Below are positions 26,063 to 38,928 of a stretch of DNA of 64,000 nt, piece after piece; the first letter of the stretch is position 1; every line of letters begins with the position of its first letter. Source of the DNA: Octopus bimaculoides (lineage: Eukaryota); the NCBI RefSeq assembly GCF_001194135.2, contig NC_068986.1, forward strand, positions 43,999,126 through 44,063,125, read 5' to 3'. The position numbers and the translations under genes are program-made. The notes under the pieces are model-generated. The model had not been told where the DNA came from, searched no databases, and worked only from the letters and a program-made list of their open reading frames with translations.

Positions 26063-26203
26063 CTCTTCTGGAGTAAGGCGAAACACATGCAGTTGATTGA
26101 CTCCTGCTATGATGAGTGATTTTTCAACATTATTGAAAAAATTACAGTATATACAATGTTCAATCCCCGTAGGGGCGTGTGTAGGGCGATACACACCATA
26201 CAT
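26063..26203 (-). CDS. CPSF1: CPSF1 coding exon 1 (MYGVYRPTHAPTGIEHCIYCNFFNNVEKSLIIAGVNQLHVFRLTPEE)
   Basis: ATG at 26203-26201. Matches the CPSF160 N-terminus as recalled (human [34 protein letters not shown]). GT donor at 26062. Acceptor tctttgcAG at 26236-26235 gives 31 nt of 5'UTR in this exon. Confidence 0.95.
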
Positions 26204-28575
26204 TGTTACTGTCTCCAAATAGCTTCACAAATAACTGCAAAGACAAACATGTAAATCATATATGTATATGTTTTATTTTCAAACAAACCAACAACTTTCT
26301 CAAAAAAAATCAAGATATCCTCAGTCACACATTGATGAGTAATCTCTAAAATATAAACATTTCTCATAAGAAAGCCATATTTAAAATGCATGCCTTTGTA
26401 TAAGTAATGCATATGAATGAGTATGATGTATGTGTCTCTAGTTTTAAATACAAAAATATTTTTTATGTTCAGCATACATATCTGCTTGTGAGCTGTCTGC
26501 TGTCTTTTAAAAATGCATATATATATATAGACACACACACACACACACACACATATTTATATACATACATATATATACACACGCACATACATTTATATAC
26601 ATAGATTTAAATGTGTGTGTGTGTGTGTGTGTACACAGGCAATAGGTGAAAGTTAGAAAAGCTCACATAGTCGTACTCTAAAGGATTTGAACTTAAACTC
26701 TGAAGTTCAAATCCTTTTGAGCCCTGCAAACACAGAATTACACATCTATTTTGCTTCCACTGAGTATCAGAGACATCCACTTAAACATATGAATTAAACT
26801 GATATGGGCTTAATGGACTAATTGCAAATAGACAAACGAGAATTTAATTTCTGTTAAGCTTGTATTCTTTTTTTATTTTACCCCAAAATATACTTATTCA
26901 GAAACCTGTTATTAGAATAAATGAATCGTTATTTCGCATGAGTGTAGCTACCCCTAGTATTTGACTAGTACTTTATCGCCCCTGACGGGACGAAAGGCAT
27001 GTAACTTCAGCAGGACTTCTGCAGTAGCAAGGCATTTTTCCCAATTTTCAAATGGTTCAACCAACCATTGCCCAAGTGCAAAGTATAGAGCAATAATTTG
27101 TCAAGTGTGGGTTATGGATTATCTCCTACTGATAATCCTATATGGCAATGAAGAGTAAGAAGAAACTGGATTAGTAGAATCTTTAATGCATCGAGAAAAA
27201 TAACTAGCTTTTAGTGACAGGATTATTTATAATTCTCAATTATAAATAAAGTACCAGCCAAAAGTATAGAAGTCGTTCATATCAACAAACCCCTATCTCT
27301 CAAAACTGCTACTGGTTTTATGCCTAAATAACAATTATTTTCCATACAAGCATGAAGTAACGAGAGGGAATCTAGATAAGAGATGAAAAGATGTAGATTA
27401 AGTTTGTCAAGCACTTATAAGTTATTCCAACGAATCAATCACCAGTTACGGAAGTGATAATTTAGCATTAAAAAAAATATTAGCAAGTCTATTTTATCCA
27501 GTGTTTTCAAGCATATATTTTATTAAGTTTTAAACATTATTGGATTCCTTGCAAAGAATCACTTTGAAATACAAAACAATGTTGATGTAGTCACACCTGT
27601 CATTCATATTCGTTACATTTTATTTTGGACATCATATACTTAAAATTACTTTTAGAAATTATGAAAATAATTTTTAATCTACTTTCTTAATAAAGCCTAT
27701 TTGCAACAGATAGGCTTTCAGTGCCCACCAACATCTTTATCAGATGCCAATTTTATTCCTTTAATTCTTTTTCTGCTATGTTGAAAGGAAGAATACATGT
27801 CACGCTTAACTCTTTTGTTTTCTTTTGTTGTTCGAGAACATAAAATACCGAATATATGAAACATACGGAGATGTTTTTCAAATAAGAATTTTGTTTCGCT
27901 TAAATTACACTAGTGTAAAATTAGCATTCATAATAATTATTAGTTCTGAATTTTAAACTAATTGTAACTAAAAAGTAAAAATCTCGTGTATATTCTACAA
28001 AATTTAAGTTTAATACTAATCCAAAAAAGTGATGCCGGTGTTGTTTTTCATTTTTTATTAAGTGCTTTATTAGTAAATACAAACTTAAAATATTGGGGTG
28101 CAATGTATAATTATATCCATAGCATCCAGGATTATATAAAAACAAAAATTACTGAATTTATTTTTAAAAAGTTAAAAGAGGGTTCTTAGTTTTGTTTTAA
28201 ATTGTGGAAGTAAAGAACACTTACTACATGTAGCTGTCAGTAGATGATAAATGAAAGACAATACCTGAATACGAGAAAAGTCGATATTCGGAGCGAAAAA
28301 AAAGTCTTACAATAAAGTCGGAAAATAAAGTCTTAAATAGGTTTCATAATAGAGGCTGCATTAAGTTAGAACTGAATCTTTTATGAAAAATCCCCTCAAA
28401 TGAAATTAAAACAAGCAATAGATTTACAAAGTTATGTTATATAAGATAATGTAAATTGCTGAATTTGGCATCAGAGATAGTCTAAGATAGTTTACTATAA
28501 TGTGTCTAAAGAACAACAATGAGGAACAGAACATTATTACCTAAACATAGAGAAAAGACATCCTATAATAAATAC

Positions 28576-28587
28576 GGCGCCATTTTC
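28576..28587 (-). promoter_or_regulatory. YY1-like site (GAAAATGGCGCC) in the putative bidirectional promoter, CPSF1 orientation
   Basis: Plus strand ggcgccattttc matches the YY1 consensus CGCCATNTT. It lies in a CpG-retaining zone between two divergent genes. The TSS cannot be located from sequence alone. Confidence 0.45.
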
Positions 28588-29777
28588 AATGTTATAAAGG
28601 CGAAGAGAAGGTTGCTATATAGAAAATATATAACTTTTAATACTAATTTCACCAAATTATTTTAACGCTATAAAATCCTATATAAAAAAATAAAAATCAA
28701 ATATTTATAGATTGCATAGTTTATCTTTGATATATCAATAATATAACGTACAAAACTAGCTTTATAAATGGGTAGCTTTACATGTTAGTTTCGTACACAC
28801 ATGTGACTGCAGTTTATACTGTTATTAGGGCTTGACTGTTTGAAGTTTGTCTGTGAGTCTTTTATCATCGTTTAACATGTGCACTTATATATTTTATATC
28901 GTTTTACTTGCATTTATTTTAGTACTAACCAGTTCTCCCTTCTTTCTAATGAAGTTGTCACTAATATAACTAACAATAATAAGCGGTATGGATTTTTAAA
29001 TATTTCCCTTCTCGAATTTTTTTTAATTATTATTATTATTTTTAAACGGTGGACGGAGTTTTAGTTTTAATATATTGTACATCAGATATTCAGGATCTAC
29101 AGCAGCTATTTTTCTTAATCTGAAACTTACCAACCACATAGTTTCGTATTCAGTCCCACTGCGCGGCAAGTGTATTCTACTTTTAGCCCCGAGGCCTTGC
29201 GAGTAGGCTCTTGGTTTGACCAATTTATAAAGGTAATAAAGCCTATTATTTCTTCACGAAGAAATAGTAATAATATTCATGCTCCTCCCAACGACATTAT
29301 CGACTTAAATCGAAACTGGCTTGTGAAATCAAACCACCAAGCACTTAGGCTCAGTACACTATGGTGCAGATGTAGCTGTTTAAGAAGCTCGTTTTGCAAC
29401 CACTTGGTTTCAAGTTCAGTCCCACTGAGTAACATTTTGGGCAAGTGTCTTCTACTATACCCCAGTTGACTAATGCTTTGCGAATTAATTCGGTAGGAGG
29501 AAACTATGTATAAACCCGTCGTATGTATGTGTGTGTAAAACCCTTCCACCTTTTCGTCCCTTGCTTTGTTTACGTTTCCGTTATGTAGCAGTTCGGAAAA
29601 GACCGATAAAATAGGTATCAAACTTTAAAGAAAATAAATACTAAAGTCGATTTGTTCGATTAAACAGTTCAGGGCGGTGCCCTGATCATCCTCGTTTCTT
29701 TGTTGTCATCTTTAATACCGCTACGGGAAGCTTCTACATGATCGCTCACCTTACTAAAAAGGTAGACGGAATTCAGC

Positions 29778-30140
29778 TTTAAACATTATATAACCCCTCA
29801 TAACTTTTATTTTTAGGAATTTTTAGAAAACTTTTGCGAATTGGTGTTCTACACGCGGGAAATCCTATGGTTATGTAAAAACCAAAACAAAAAGTTTTTT
29901 GTGTGATTTAAGGGCTATTTAGCTGTTATTGTTAGCATATCTCACGACCATCTGATACCCTTGTTCGCTGGGATTTAAACAAAATATTCGAACTGTCCGT
30001 ATTTTAAACTGATTATAATAAGGACATTCGAAAAATTAGAAAATTTTTTTTCGTAATCGTATGAATTCCTGTGTTGAACACAAATGCATAAGAATTTTAT
30101 GAAAATTCCAAAAAATAAAGTTATATGGGGTGCTTAAAGC
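29778..30140. mobile_element. Degenerate MITE with ~90-bp imperfect TIRs (TTAA-type ends, possibly Kolobok-like)
   Basis: cataacttttatttttaggaatttttagaaaac..gtgttctacac vs gtgttgaacac..aattttatgaaaattccaaaaaataaagttatatg. Confidence 0.45.
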
Positions 30141-32088
30141 AGAATTCTAAATAATCTAAATGTTTGTGCTTTAAATGAGAATATAGTGTTAACCTCACAA
30201 CGGTCGCTGTGTTATTTTGATACATGCTTTCTCTCCTCCCCCGCATTAATTTTGAAAGATAATGTTGGAACAATGCCACATAAATCTCATAATTAACCTA
30301 ATTCAAACAGGATTTTGAGATTTAGTGAAGGACATTTGAAATTCAAACCCCCTTGACAAAAGTGAAAACTTTTGGAAATATTTTTTTCTATTATCAGCAT
30401 GGTATAATTTGAGAAAAGTGAGACCCACTTTGATTTTACTGCATAGCTTGTAGTTTTCCAATGACATTCACATTTGTAGGATAAGGTGGAGGGTAAATTA
30501 CCAATTCGCTACTATTACTGGCAGATCAAATATTGTACTAAATTGTATTTTAGCTACATAAAATCTATAGTGAACTGTACTCCACAGTGTGATTCTAGGT
30601 TCTGCTGTGCAGCACTTTGGACAACTGCTTTCTACCAAAACCTCAGTGTTCATTAATGGAATATGGTAGACGGAAACCAGGAAAACCCAACATGTTTAGA
30701 TACATTTATGTATTATTAGCATGAGAGCCTTGCATTTGTTTCCGTAAAAGGAGCATAAATAAGATGAACTTAGCCAGCAATAAACTGCAATGGATAAAAA
30801 GGGTACCAGAATAAGTGAGGTTAGTTTGATTCAAATGATGGCGGACCAACTAAAATCCAACAATTGTTGAACAAAATTCCTACTGTGTTTGCTTTGACCC
30901 TTTACAGTCTGCCAAAATCAACTTTTCCTTTGATCCTTCTGGGATTAAGACAAAGTACCACTCGTGTACTAAGGTCTATATGACATCATCGTCATGGCTG
31001 TGTGGTAAGAAGTTTGTTACCCAACCACATGGTCCTGGATTCAATCCCACTGCATGGAACGTTGGGCAAGTGTCTTCTACTACAGCCTCAGGCTTACTAA
31101 AGCCTTGTGATGGTAACTGAAAGAAGTTTTTTGTGTGTGTATCTTTGTGTCTGTTTGTCTGCCACAACCAGTGTTGGTTTGTTGATGTCCACACAACTTA
31201 GCAATTCACCAAAAGAGACCAATAGAATAAGTATTCATTCGACTAAAAACTCTTCAAGGCAGTGCTTCACCATGGCCACAGTCTAATGACTGAAAAAAGT
31301 CAGTGGAATTGTTTTGTATTAATAAAAGAATATTCCTAAAATCTGGAAGACAGGGTAGAGTTTTAAAATCCCTGTCTCTTGAAGTCCTATATCTCATGAA
31401 AAAGAACAGAGTATGCAAGTGGGGGAGCAATAATGTAAAAACTTGAAATTTTTTGAGTATCGTAATTTCCGTTTTTTTGAAATACAAGTGTATTGAAAAA
31501 ATAAAAGACCAAAACCCACCCCCTCCATTTCCTGTAAGATAGACTTTCCAGAACTCTTACCTGTTACATATTAGAGTTTGTAGAATATCCTAGATATCAG
31601 TTGAATTTTTAGAACATTTCAACTAAAACTTCTTGAAGCCCCAATATGGCCACAGTCCAGCAACTGAAACCAGTGAAAGTACTAACACACTAACTTATTT
31701 TGTTAAATAAACAAATTTACTTGGAATAAAAACTTGTTTCAATTGTTACTTTTTTTTTTTTGTTTTTGTTTTTTCTAACATTTTTAATTCAGTTTTCTGA
31801 GTTTATAAAATCTCTTGTTGAATTGTTGAAAGATTATGGGATTTCTTGAACAGGTCAAAATGAAATGCAGATGAGTTTAAAAGCTTCCTGAAGGTTGAAT
31901 GAAGTTGGGCAGGTGTGGATATTTGAAACTTGGGATTTATAATTTTGGAACAGAATAGCTGTTCCACATTAGTAGAAATTTCTGGGATATTTTTTTTTGG
32001 TGGAGAGTTCCAGATTACTTTTAGTATCCCACATTTCAAAGCAATCGGAGGAGGCCGTTAAAAAAAAAACTGAATCTTTTTAAATCCG

Positions 32089-32294
32089 TTTTTCAAATGT
32101 CTTGCCCCACCCCATCATGCCTTCAGAACAGCCAGCCACCTTTAATTGTGATAGGGTCAGTGAAGTGAGTGGGGTATAAGAACTTTTTTTTTTTTTAATG
32201 CAAATATGTTTCAGAATGTGATAAAAGAAAAATAATAATTTTAATGGTGGCTGTTGTTCTGAAGGCTTGATGGTAGGATCAGACATTTGAAAAA
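32089..32294. mobile_element. ~205-bp MITE with ~55-bp imperfect TIRs
   Basis: ttttcaaatgtct..ccatcatgccttcagaacagccagccacc vs ggtggctgttgttctgaaggcttgatgg..agacatttgaaaa. Confidence 0.65.
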
Positions 32295-33524
32295 TATGCA
32301 TGCTCCACTAACTGTGTAATGTTAGTTTTCATCATCATTTAATGTCCACCTTCCATGCTGGTATGGGTTGGACAGTTTGATAGACTTTGGTATGGTTTCT
32401 ATGGCTGGATACCCTTCCTAATGCCAACTGCTTTACAGAGGGTATTGGGTGTAAAGTCACTAAGTAACTTGCAACACAAAAGCCCTGAACTGTGTGAGGA
32501 ATAATATTGAGGGAAGTGACTTTGTGCCAGGTGATGAGAAGTTAGAGTATGATTTGAGGGACAGAAATAGGTGTCTTACAATAGAGGAAATGCTATCCCA
32601 GTTAGAAAAAGAGGGAGAGTAGTGAAGATGTGATGGGATGTGCACTAAGTTACAGGGAGGTAAGTCGTACAGAAGGTTAGACAGTGCATGGTTAGTGCAA
32701 ATGAATAAGAAATTCCGTAAAAGAGGAATTAGCTGCAATGCAAAAGAAGAGAGGGTACTGGTATAGATGTGATGTCACTGGAAAGGGACAAGTGGGTAAA
32801 GCAGTATCAGATGAAATGAATCTGCTGAGAAGGAAGAAATGGTAAGGGCTGATCTAAGGATATTGAACCCCATGAAGCTGTGCTGGAGAAGGCTTATCCA
32901 TCCCATGGAAGTATCGGATATCAAACAATAATGATGCCAAAAATGTAACCCAAGTAAATCCAAAGATCTATCCTTTGGTCACACAACAGTGTTCATAATG
33001 AAAGAGAATATTTACTTCTCTTGACAAAAAAAAACATTGATGTGGGTACAGACATGGCTTTGTGATTAAGAAGCTTGCATCACAATTATATCATTCTGAG
33101 TCTCAGTCCACATTACTGCACTTTGAATTAACTCACACAACTGCATGGAAACCCATCAGTTACCTTGTGTAACCCTTTAGCATTTAAACCTGCCATATCC
33201 AGCTCGAACAAATATCCGACCTGTTTTATGTTAAAGCCAACCAGATCTGGTCTCTCACACTTTGACTACAATGTCATTGTAAAAATAAACAATCACTTCA
33301 CTGAAATCTCTAAGTTACAAGATAATGCATGATTAATTCAAAACAATGTGAATAAATAAGCATTCACATTTAACAGTGTAATCTAGATGTTAAAAGGTTA
33401 GCACCACTACCTGGCCCTTGAATGACTTTAGTAGTTTCAACCAGCTCTGTTGTAAGCATTGAAGTTAGGTTTGTAGTTAAGAACTTCTTCTCCCCAATCA
33501 TAGAGATCCTACACGAGTGCTTCC

Positions 33525-34430
33525 TTCTTTTCATCATTATTATCATCATCATCATCATTTAACGTCCACTTTCCATGCTGGCCTGGATTGGACAGTTTGA
33601 AGGCTGCACCAGGCTCCAATCTAATCTGGCAAAGTTTCTACAGCGGATGCCTTTTCCAACGCCAACCACTCCGTGAGTGTAGTGGGTGCTTTAACATGCC
33701 ACTGGCACGAGAGCCAGTCGGGTGGTATTGGCATCGTCCATGCTCCAATGGTGCTTTCTATGTGTCACTGGCACAGGAGCCAGTCAAGCAATGCTGGCAA
33801 TGACCATGCTCGAATGGTGCTTTTTACGTGCCAACAGCACAGGAGCCAGTCAGGCGGCACTGGCAACGATCATGCTCGAATGGTGCTTTTAACGTTCCAC
33901 TGGCACGGGTGCCAGTCAGGCGGTACTGTCATCGACCATGACAACGATTTCACTTGATTTAACAGGTCTTCGCAAACAGATTATGCCCAATGTTTGAAGA
34001 GTACTCTTAAATGGACTGGTTATGCAGCACTGGCATAGGCCACAAGTTATGGTCTCATTTGGCTTGCTGGGTCTTCTCAAGCACAGCATATCTCCAAAGG
34101 TCTCAGTCGCTTGTCATTGCCTTGGACAGTCTCAATGTTCAAAGGTCATGCTTCACCACCTCGTCCCAGGATCTTGCTGGGTCTACCTCTTCCACAGGTT
34201 CCCTCGACTGCTAGGGTGTGACACTTTTTCACACTGCTGTCCTCATCCTTTCGCAACACATGACCATACCAGCGCAGTTGTCTCTCTTGCACACCACATC
34301 TGATGCTTCTTATGTCCAACTTTTCTCTCAGGGCACTTACACTCTGTAGTGTATGCACACTGACATTACACATCCAGCAGAGCATATTGGCTTCATTCCT
34401 TGCAAGCTTACGCATGTCCTCAGCAGTCAC
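33525..34430 (-). mobile_element. RTE 3' fragment (~900 bp) with tandem ~63-bp 3'UTR units
   Basis: RQLRWYGHVLRKDEDS.VKKC..L.VEGTCGRGRP C-terminal motif, four tandem units at ~33700-33935, (CAT)n tail at 33525-33560. Confidence 0.85.
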
Positions 34431-35049
34431 AGCAAGCAATAAATAATAAAACCAACAAACAAATCTTTTGATCACGTTTTAAGGATCCTCTAGAAATAAA
34501 ATAGTACAGTTGATATTAAAAGGTTATAAAAGGAAAATATGGATGGCTAATAGAACTAAGATAAACCTTTATTATGAATAAAAAAAAAACTGATGTCCCC
34601 TCCAAACCACTTGGAGCACCATAAAGGACTTTTTGCAGTGAATCCAGGGAGGTTTCATTTGTATGGCTACTGCTGCATTCTCCCAGTTCTTGGGATTGGT
34701 TTAGTTCTGCAATCAAATAAGCAATCTTAAATTCAACAGTGAACTAGGTCTTGTGAAGTAAGTATTTAGCCCGTAGTTTTGCCAAACAATGTCCTATTCT
34801 ACACACAATTGTAATAAAGAATTCAGACATTTTGAAGTAGTTGGGGAGGAATATGTATATCATAAGCAAAGTTTTTTATTGAACTATTCTGTTATGAATA
34901 AATGTTTACATTTCATGCTTTTTTAAACTCATCTCTTCATGCAAGTTTTAGCTGACATTTGAGCTTAAAGTATTTTTTTTTTATACTCTGTACAGAAATA
35001 TCCTGTCATGACTAGAAGAGTGTCACAATTCAAATACCTAGTTATTAAT

Positions 35050-38000
35050 GATGTCTTTTTTTTTCTTTTTCTTTTTACATTAACTTGCTGGGTCTGGAGG
35101 AAGAGGCAATCTTCCTAGACCAGTGAGATTGATGCCATTAGTCTTCTGCTTGCAGGAAGTGAATTCCAGAGGTCTGGTATTCTGGTAAGAAAGAAGAAAG
35201 CATAGTGACTAGTGTGGGTGCCTGGAGGTAGTTAAGAACCACAAGGTTAATGAGAGGAGGAGAGACAAAAATGCTAGAGTGGAGGTGACATGAACCCTGC
35301 CCGCTCCAAGGAGCACAATCCATTATATGTTGCAGTAGAAAAGACCAGAGACTGGAGAATATCTACAAGTGACTTTATGCTAATCAGTCGAGTGTCCTTT
35401 TTCCAAATGTAGTCCAGGGCATCTGTGTCTGCAGTTGTAGCGCCACCCCATATATGAGAGCAATACTCTACTGTGGCTATCACCTGAGCATTATAGAGAA
35501 TAAATAATTATTGGTGGGGGCTGAAATATCTTCTGGGCCTAAAGAGCAAGACCAATCATTGGGATATGGTCCTAGTTATGTTACAAATGTGATAGGGTGA
35601 TTTTTAATGATTCTAACTTAATGCTGCTCAGGATTAAGTGGAGTGTGTTATGATGAGTAGTATTTGTGTTGCTGTAGAAAGAGGCAAGATTGGCATATCT
35701 CCATTGGAGAAGGTTTCTGCTCATGTAGTCAATGTGTGTGTGTGTGTGTAGCATGAGTGTCAGGTGCAGGTGGATATATATGGTTGGAGGAATGAAGGGT
35801 AGTGTCATCTGCAAATGGTTGGGCATTGGTACATGTGGTGGTAAGTAAGTCATTGATGTGTAATAAGAAGAGAACAGGAGACGCAGAACGAGTTCCATCA
35901 GCACAGTGATAGTTAAATCTGACAATAGAAAGCTACCAATCCTAGAAATAAGAGATAGGTAGAACATATAGGCAGAAAGTTTCAATAGGATATTTGCATA
36001 CCAAATACAGTTTAAAGATCTGCTGATATTGAGGGAAATAACATTGTTTTCACCAAATTTCTCCAAAGCAAGAACTCACTGATGTATCAAAGAAAAGAGT
36101 AGATGGCCACAGGATTTGGCTTTATGGAAGTTGGGCTAAACATTAAGGAAAGAGAGGTTCAAAATGATGGAGAATATCACTAATGATTGTCTTCTTCACC
36201 TTAGAAACATTAGAAGTGAGTGCAATAGGGTCACAGAGGTTATCTTTCGTAGGAATGAAACATACTGTAGCATGTTTCCAAGTATCAAGGTACAGGGTGA
36301 CCCCAAAAAAAACAACCCATAAAAATTTTATCAAATCCTACAGAGGTCCAGCAAATTTCTTGACATTTGCTGGACTTAAACTTCAGTCTGTGTACAATCA
36401 TTTCCTTTACATAAAAGTCATGTTCTTTTCAAAATATGCTCCAAATGGCCTCTGCAACGTTGGAGATACGTACGTCATGCAAAATTGTCAATTACTCAAA
36501 CACATTTCTCTTTAGGAATTTCCCTGATTTCTGCTTTCATTGCTGCCTTCAGTTCACCAATCATTTGAGGGTTGTTCTGGTAAACATTATCCTTGAGATA
36601 CCCCCACAGATAAAATACTGGGGGGGGGGGGTTTCAATTCCAGTGAATGCAGGCTAGGGAGCCGTTTGATGCGTGGGGGTGGTACCTTCTTGCTGGAACC
36701 ACTGTTCATCTCTATCTATCCTTCTGTGTTATCCCAGGGATACCCAAAACTTCCTCAGCGCTGCTACATAGTGCTCTGTATTCACCGTTTGAGTTCTCAT
36801 TTTCGTCTTTGAACTAATATGGGCTGATGATGCCATGTTTAGAGATTGCTACTCATGCTGTGCACTTTGTTGAGTGTAACAACCTCTGAAACACTTCCTC
36901 CAGTGTTGATTTACCCCAATAAACATTATTTTTGCTGTTTACATGTCCTGACAGCAAAAAGTGTGCTTCGTCAGAGAACCAAACACAATCCATGAAGTTT
37001 GGATTGTCTTCAATTGTCTCACAAAACCATCCACACATGGTTGTTTTTCTATGTCTGCCTTTGTAAGTTTTTGCTTTATTTGGACCTGATAAGGATGCAA
37101 ATAAAGATCTGATTTAAGAACATGCCTCAAAGACTCTTGAGAGATTCCCAGCATCATCGAAGTGATTTCTTTGGGCTCTACCCCACCAAGTCTCGTACAG
37201 CATCAATGTTTCTTTCTGTTCTAGCACTCACCCTCCGACAGAATAAGTATCTCTCAGGCCTTTAGAAATAAGATTTTGCACAGTCCCATACTCTCTGAAT
37301 TTCTGAAGCCAGTCAAAAATTCTACTTTTTTGGTGGAGCATGATGGCACCAAAACTGTCTCTGAAAATTTGTTTGCATTGCAGTGTGTGATTTGTAGGCG
37401 AAATAGACCTCCAGGCAAAATGTCTTTTCTTTTGTTGACTAAGACATGTTAGGGTACGCTATTGTTCCAATCTTTCATGCACAAAGTCAACTTGTATACC
37501 CTGAAAAAGAAAAGAAGAAAAATTAAAATTAACAGTTTTTATTCAAAGATTTGTGGGTTCTGTTTTTTTGGGGTCATCCTATAGATCCTAGCAAAGGATG
37601 TCTTATGTGTTTGCTTAGTAATAACATCTACTCTGGAGTGTGATGTTTGAAGACAATGGAAAGAACACTATCAGGAATACTTCTGCATTTGATGTGTATG
37701 CAAGGTAGTGGATCTGAAGGGCAGGGAAGAGATAGAATTTGAAAGATACCAAATGTGTATGATGTGGACTTGACTGCATAAGTGGGCCATGAAGGCAGAA
37801 GTTTTTTCCTTAGAGGTATTGTTCACAGCACCATTATTTTTATGAAGCAGAGATTCTGCAAAGTTGGTGGAAATCTTTTTGGCAAGAATTCAAATTCAGA
37901 TAATAGCCTTATAGTTGTTGTATTGCTGGGTAAATGTCACCCAGTTTTGGCATGCATGTGTGTTTCATCAGATATTATAGGTCTTGCTTTTTTGCCTGAA

Positions 38001-38250
38001 CAACTTCAGCATAACTGGGAAATTGGGACGTTAGGTTTTAGCTGTGTGCAGAATGTGGTGTTGTGATGGGTATTTGCAATAAGGTAGTAGTCAGGTAACA
38101 CAGTGAGTGTGGAAATGTTTATAATCTGGTGTAGATTAGGTTTAGAGATGAGTAAAAGATCAAGGGTTGTTGGCTACATCAAGAGGTGCCAATCTTTAAT
38201 TGTAGCGGGAACATGTGGAAGAGGAAGACATGGGACAAAGTGGTGAGAAA
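35050..38250 (-). mobile_element. Old CR1/jockey-group LINE fragments split by the DD41D-like element (also ~32455-32940)
   Basis: Degenerate WKHATV..IP..PIALTSNVSK, FGE..VISLNIS (LDISKAFD-like) and EYCSHIWGGA motifs. Coordinates approximate. Confidence 0.65.
36293..37581 (-). mobile_element. Full-length decayed ITm-family DNA transposon, DD41D (rosa/visitor)-like, 1289 bp
   Basis: TA flanks and TIRs cagggtgaccccaaaaaaa / tttttttggggtcatccta. Motifs LHPYQVQIKQKL, WFSDEAHF.LSGHVN, WFQQ and FYLWGYLKDNVY. The D-D spacing cannot be counted because of a deletion. Confidence 0.85.
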
Positions 38251-38803
38251 GGATCTATATATGTTGGGACTCACAGAGGGGATGACAAGGGACCAAGACT
38301 CCTGGTGGTTTGCTGCGCTTGTAAAGACATGTCAAGCTAAGTAAAAGCATGGTAGCCTTTGCATATAGGCTCGTCCCCTGCAACCCTCTCCAGCTGAGCA
38401 TCCCTAATCTCACAAGCTCATAGGTGTTGGTGCCACATAAAAAGCATCCATACCAGTGCTGTTTACAAGCACCCAGTACATTTTATAAAGTGGTTGACGT
38501 TAGGAAGGGCATCCAGCCACAGAAACCATGCCCAAAACAGACAGGGAGCCTGAACAGCCCTTCAGCTGGTCAGCACCTGTCAAACTGTCCAACCCATGCC
38601 AGCATGGAAAATGGATGTTAAATGATGATGTAGAGGGTAAGAAAAATTGAAGTGAATTAAGGATTGCAGAAGACTTAGCTTTTACACTGACAGCATCAGT
38701 ATGGGGTGAGGTTATGGTAGAAGACACTAATAGTGCTGCAATAGTTACATACACATTATTAGAATGTTTATGTGTAGTTGTACTATCCTTTTTGTTTTTT
38801 CAG

Positions 38804-38928
38804 CACCCACAAAATTCAATTCACAAAAAAACTCAGTGATATTGAGATCAAAGTGACCATGGACAACATGTCTGAAATCCAGATAGCTGATCAAATCATT
38901 CCAGAATCTGATCTTCTAAACAACTCTG
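38804..38928 (+). CDS. Probable early exon of the RRM/Tudor-like gene (ATG at 38859: MDNMSEIQIADQIIPESDLLNNS)
   Basis: Strong ttttgttttttcAG acceptor and GTGAGT donor. Open frame; phase 1 end joins 53565 in frame. No homology evidence. Confidence 0.55.

Noticed and set aside
2117-26203. U12-type or non-canonical introns in CPSF1
   Set aside because: All inferred junctions are GT-AG and none has the GTATCCTT U12 donor.
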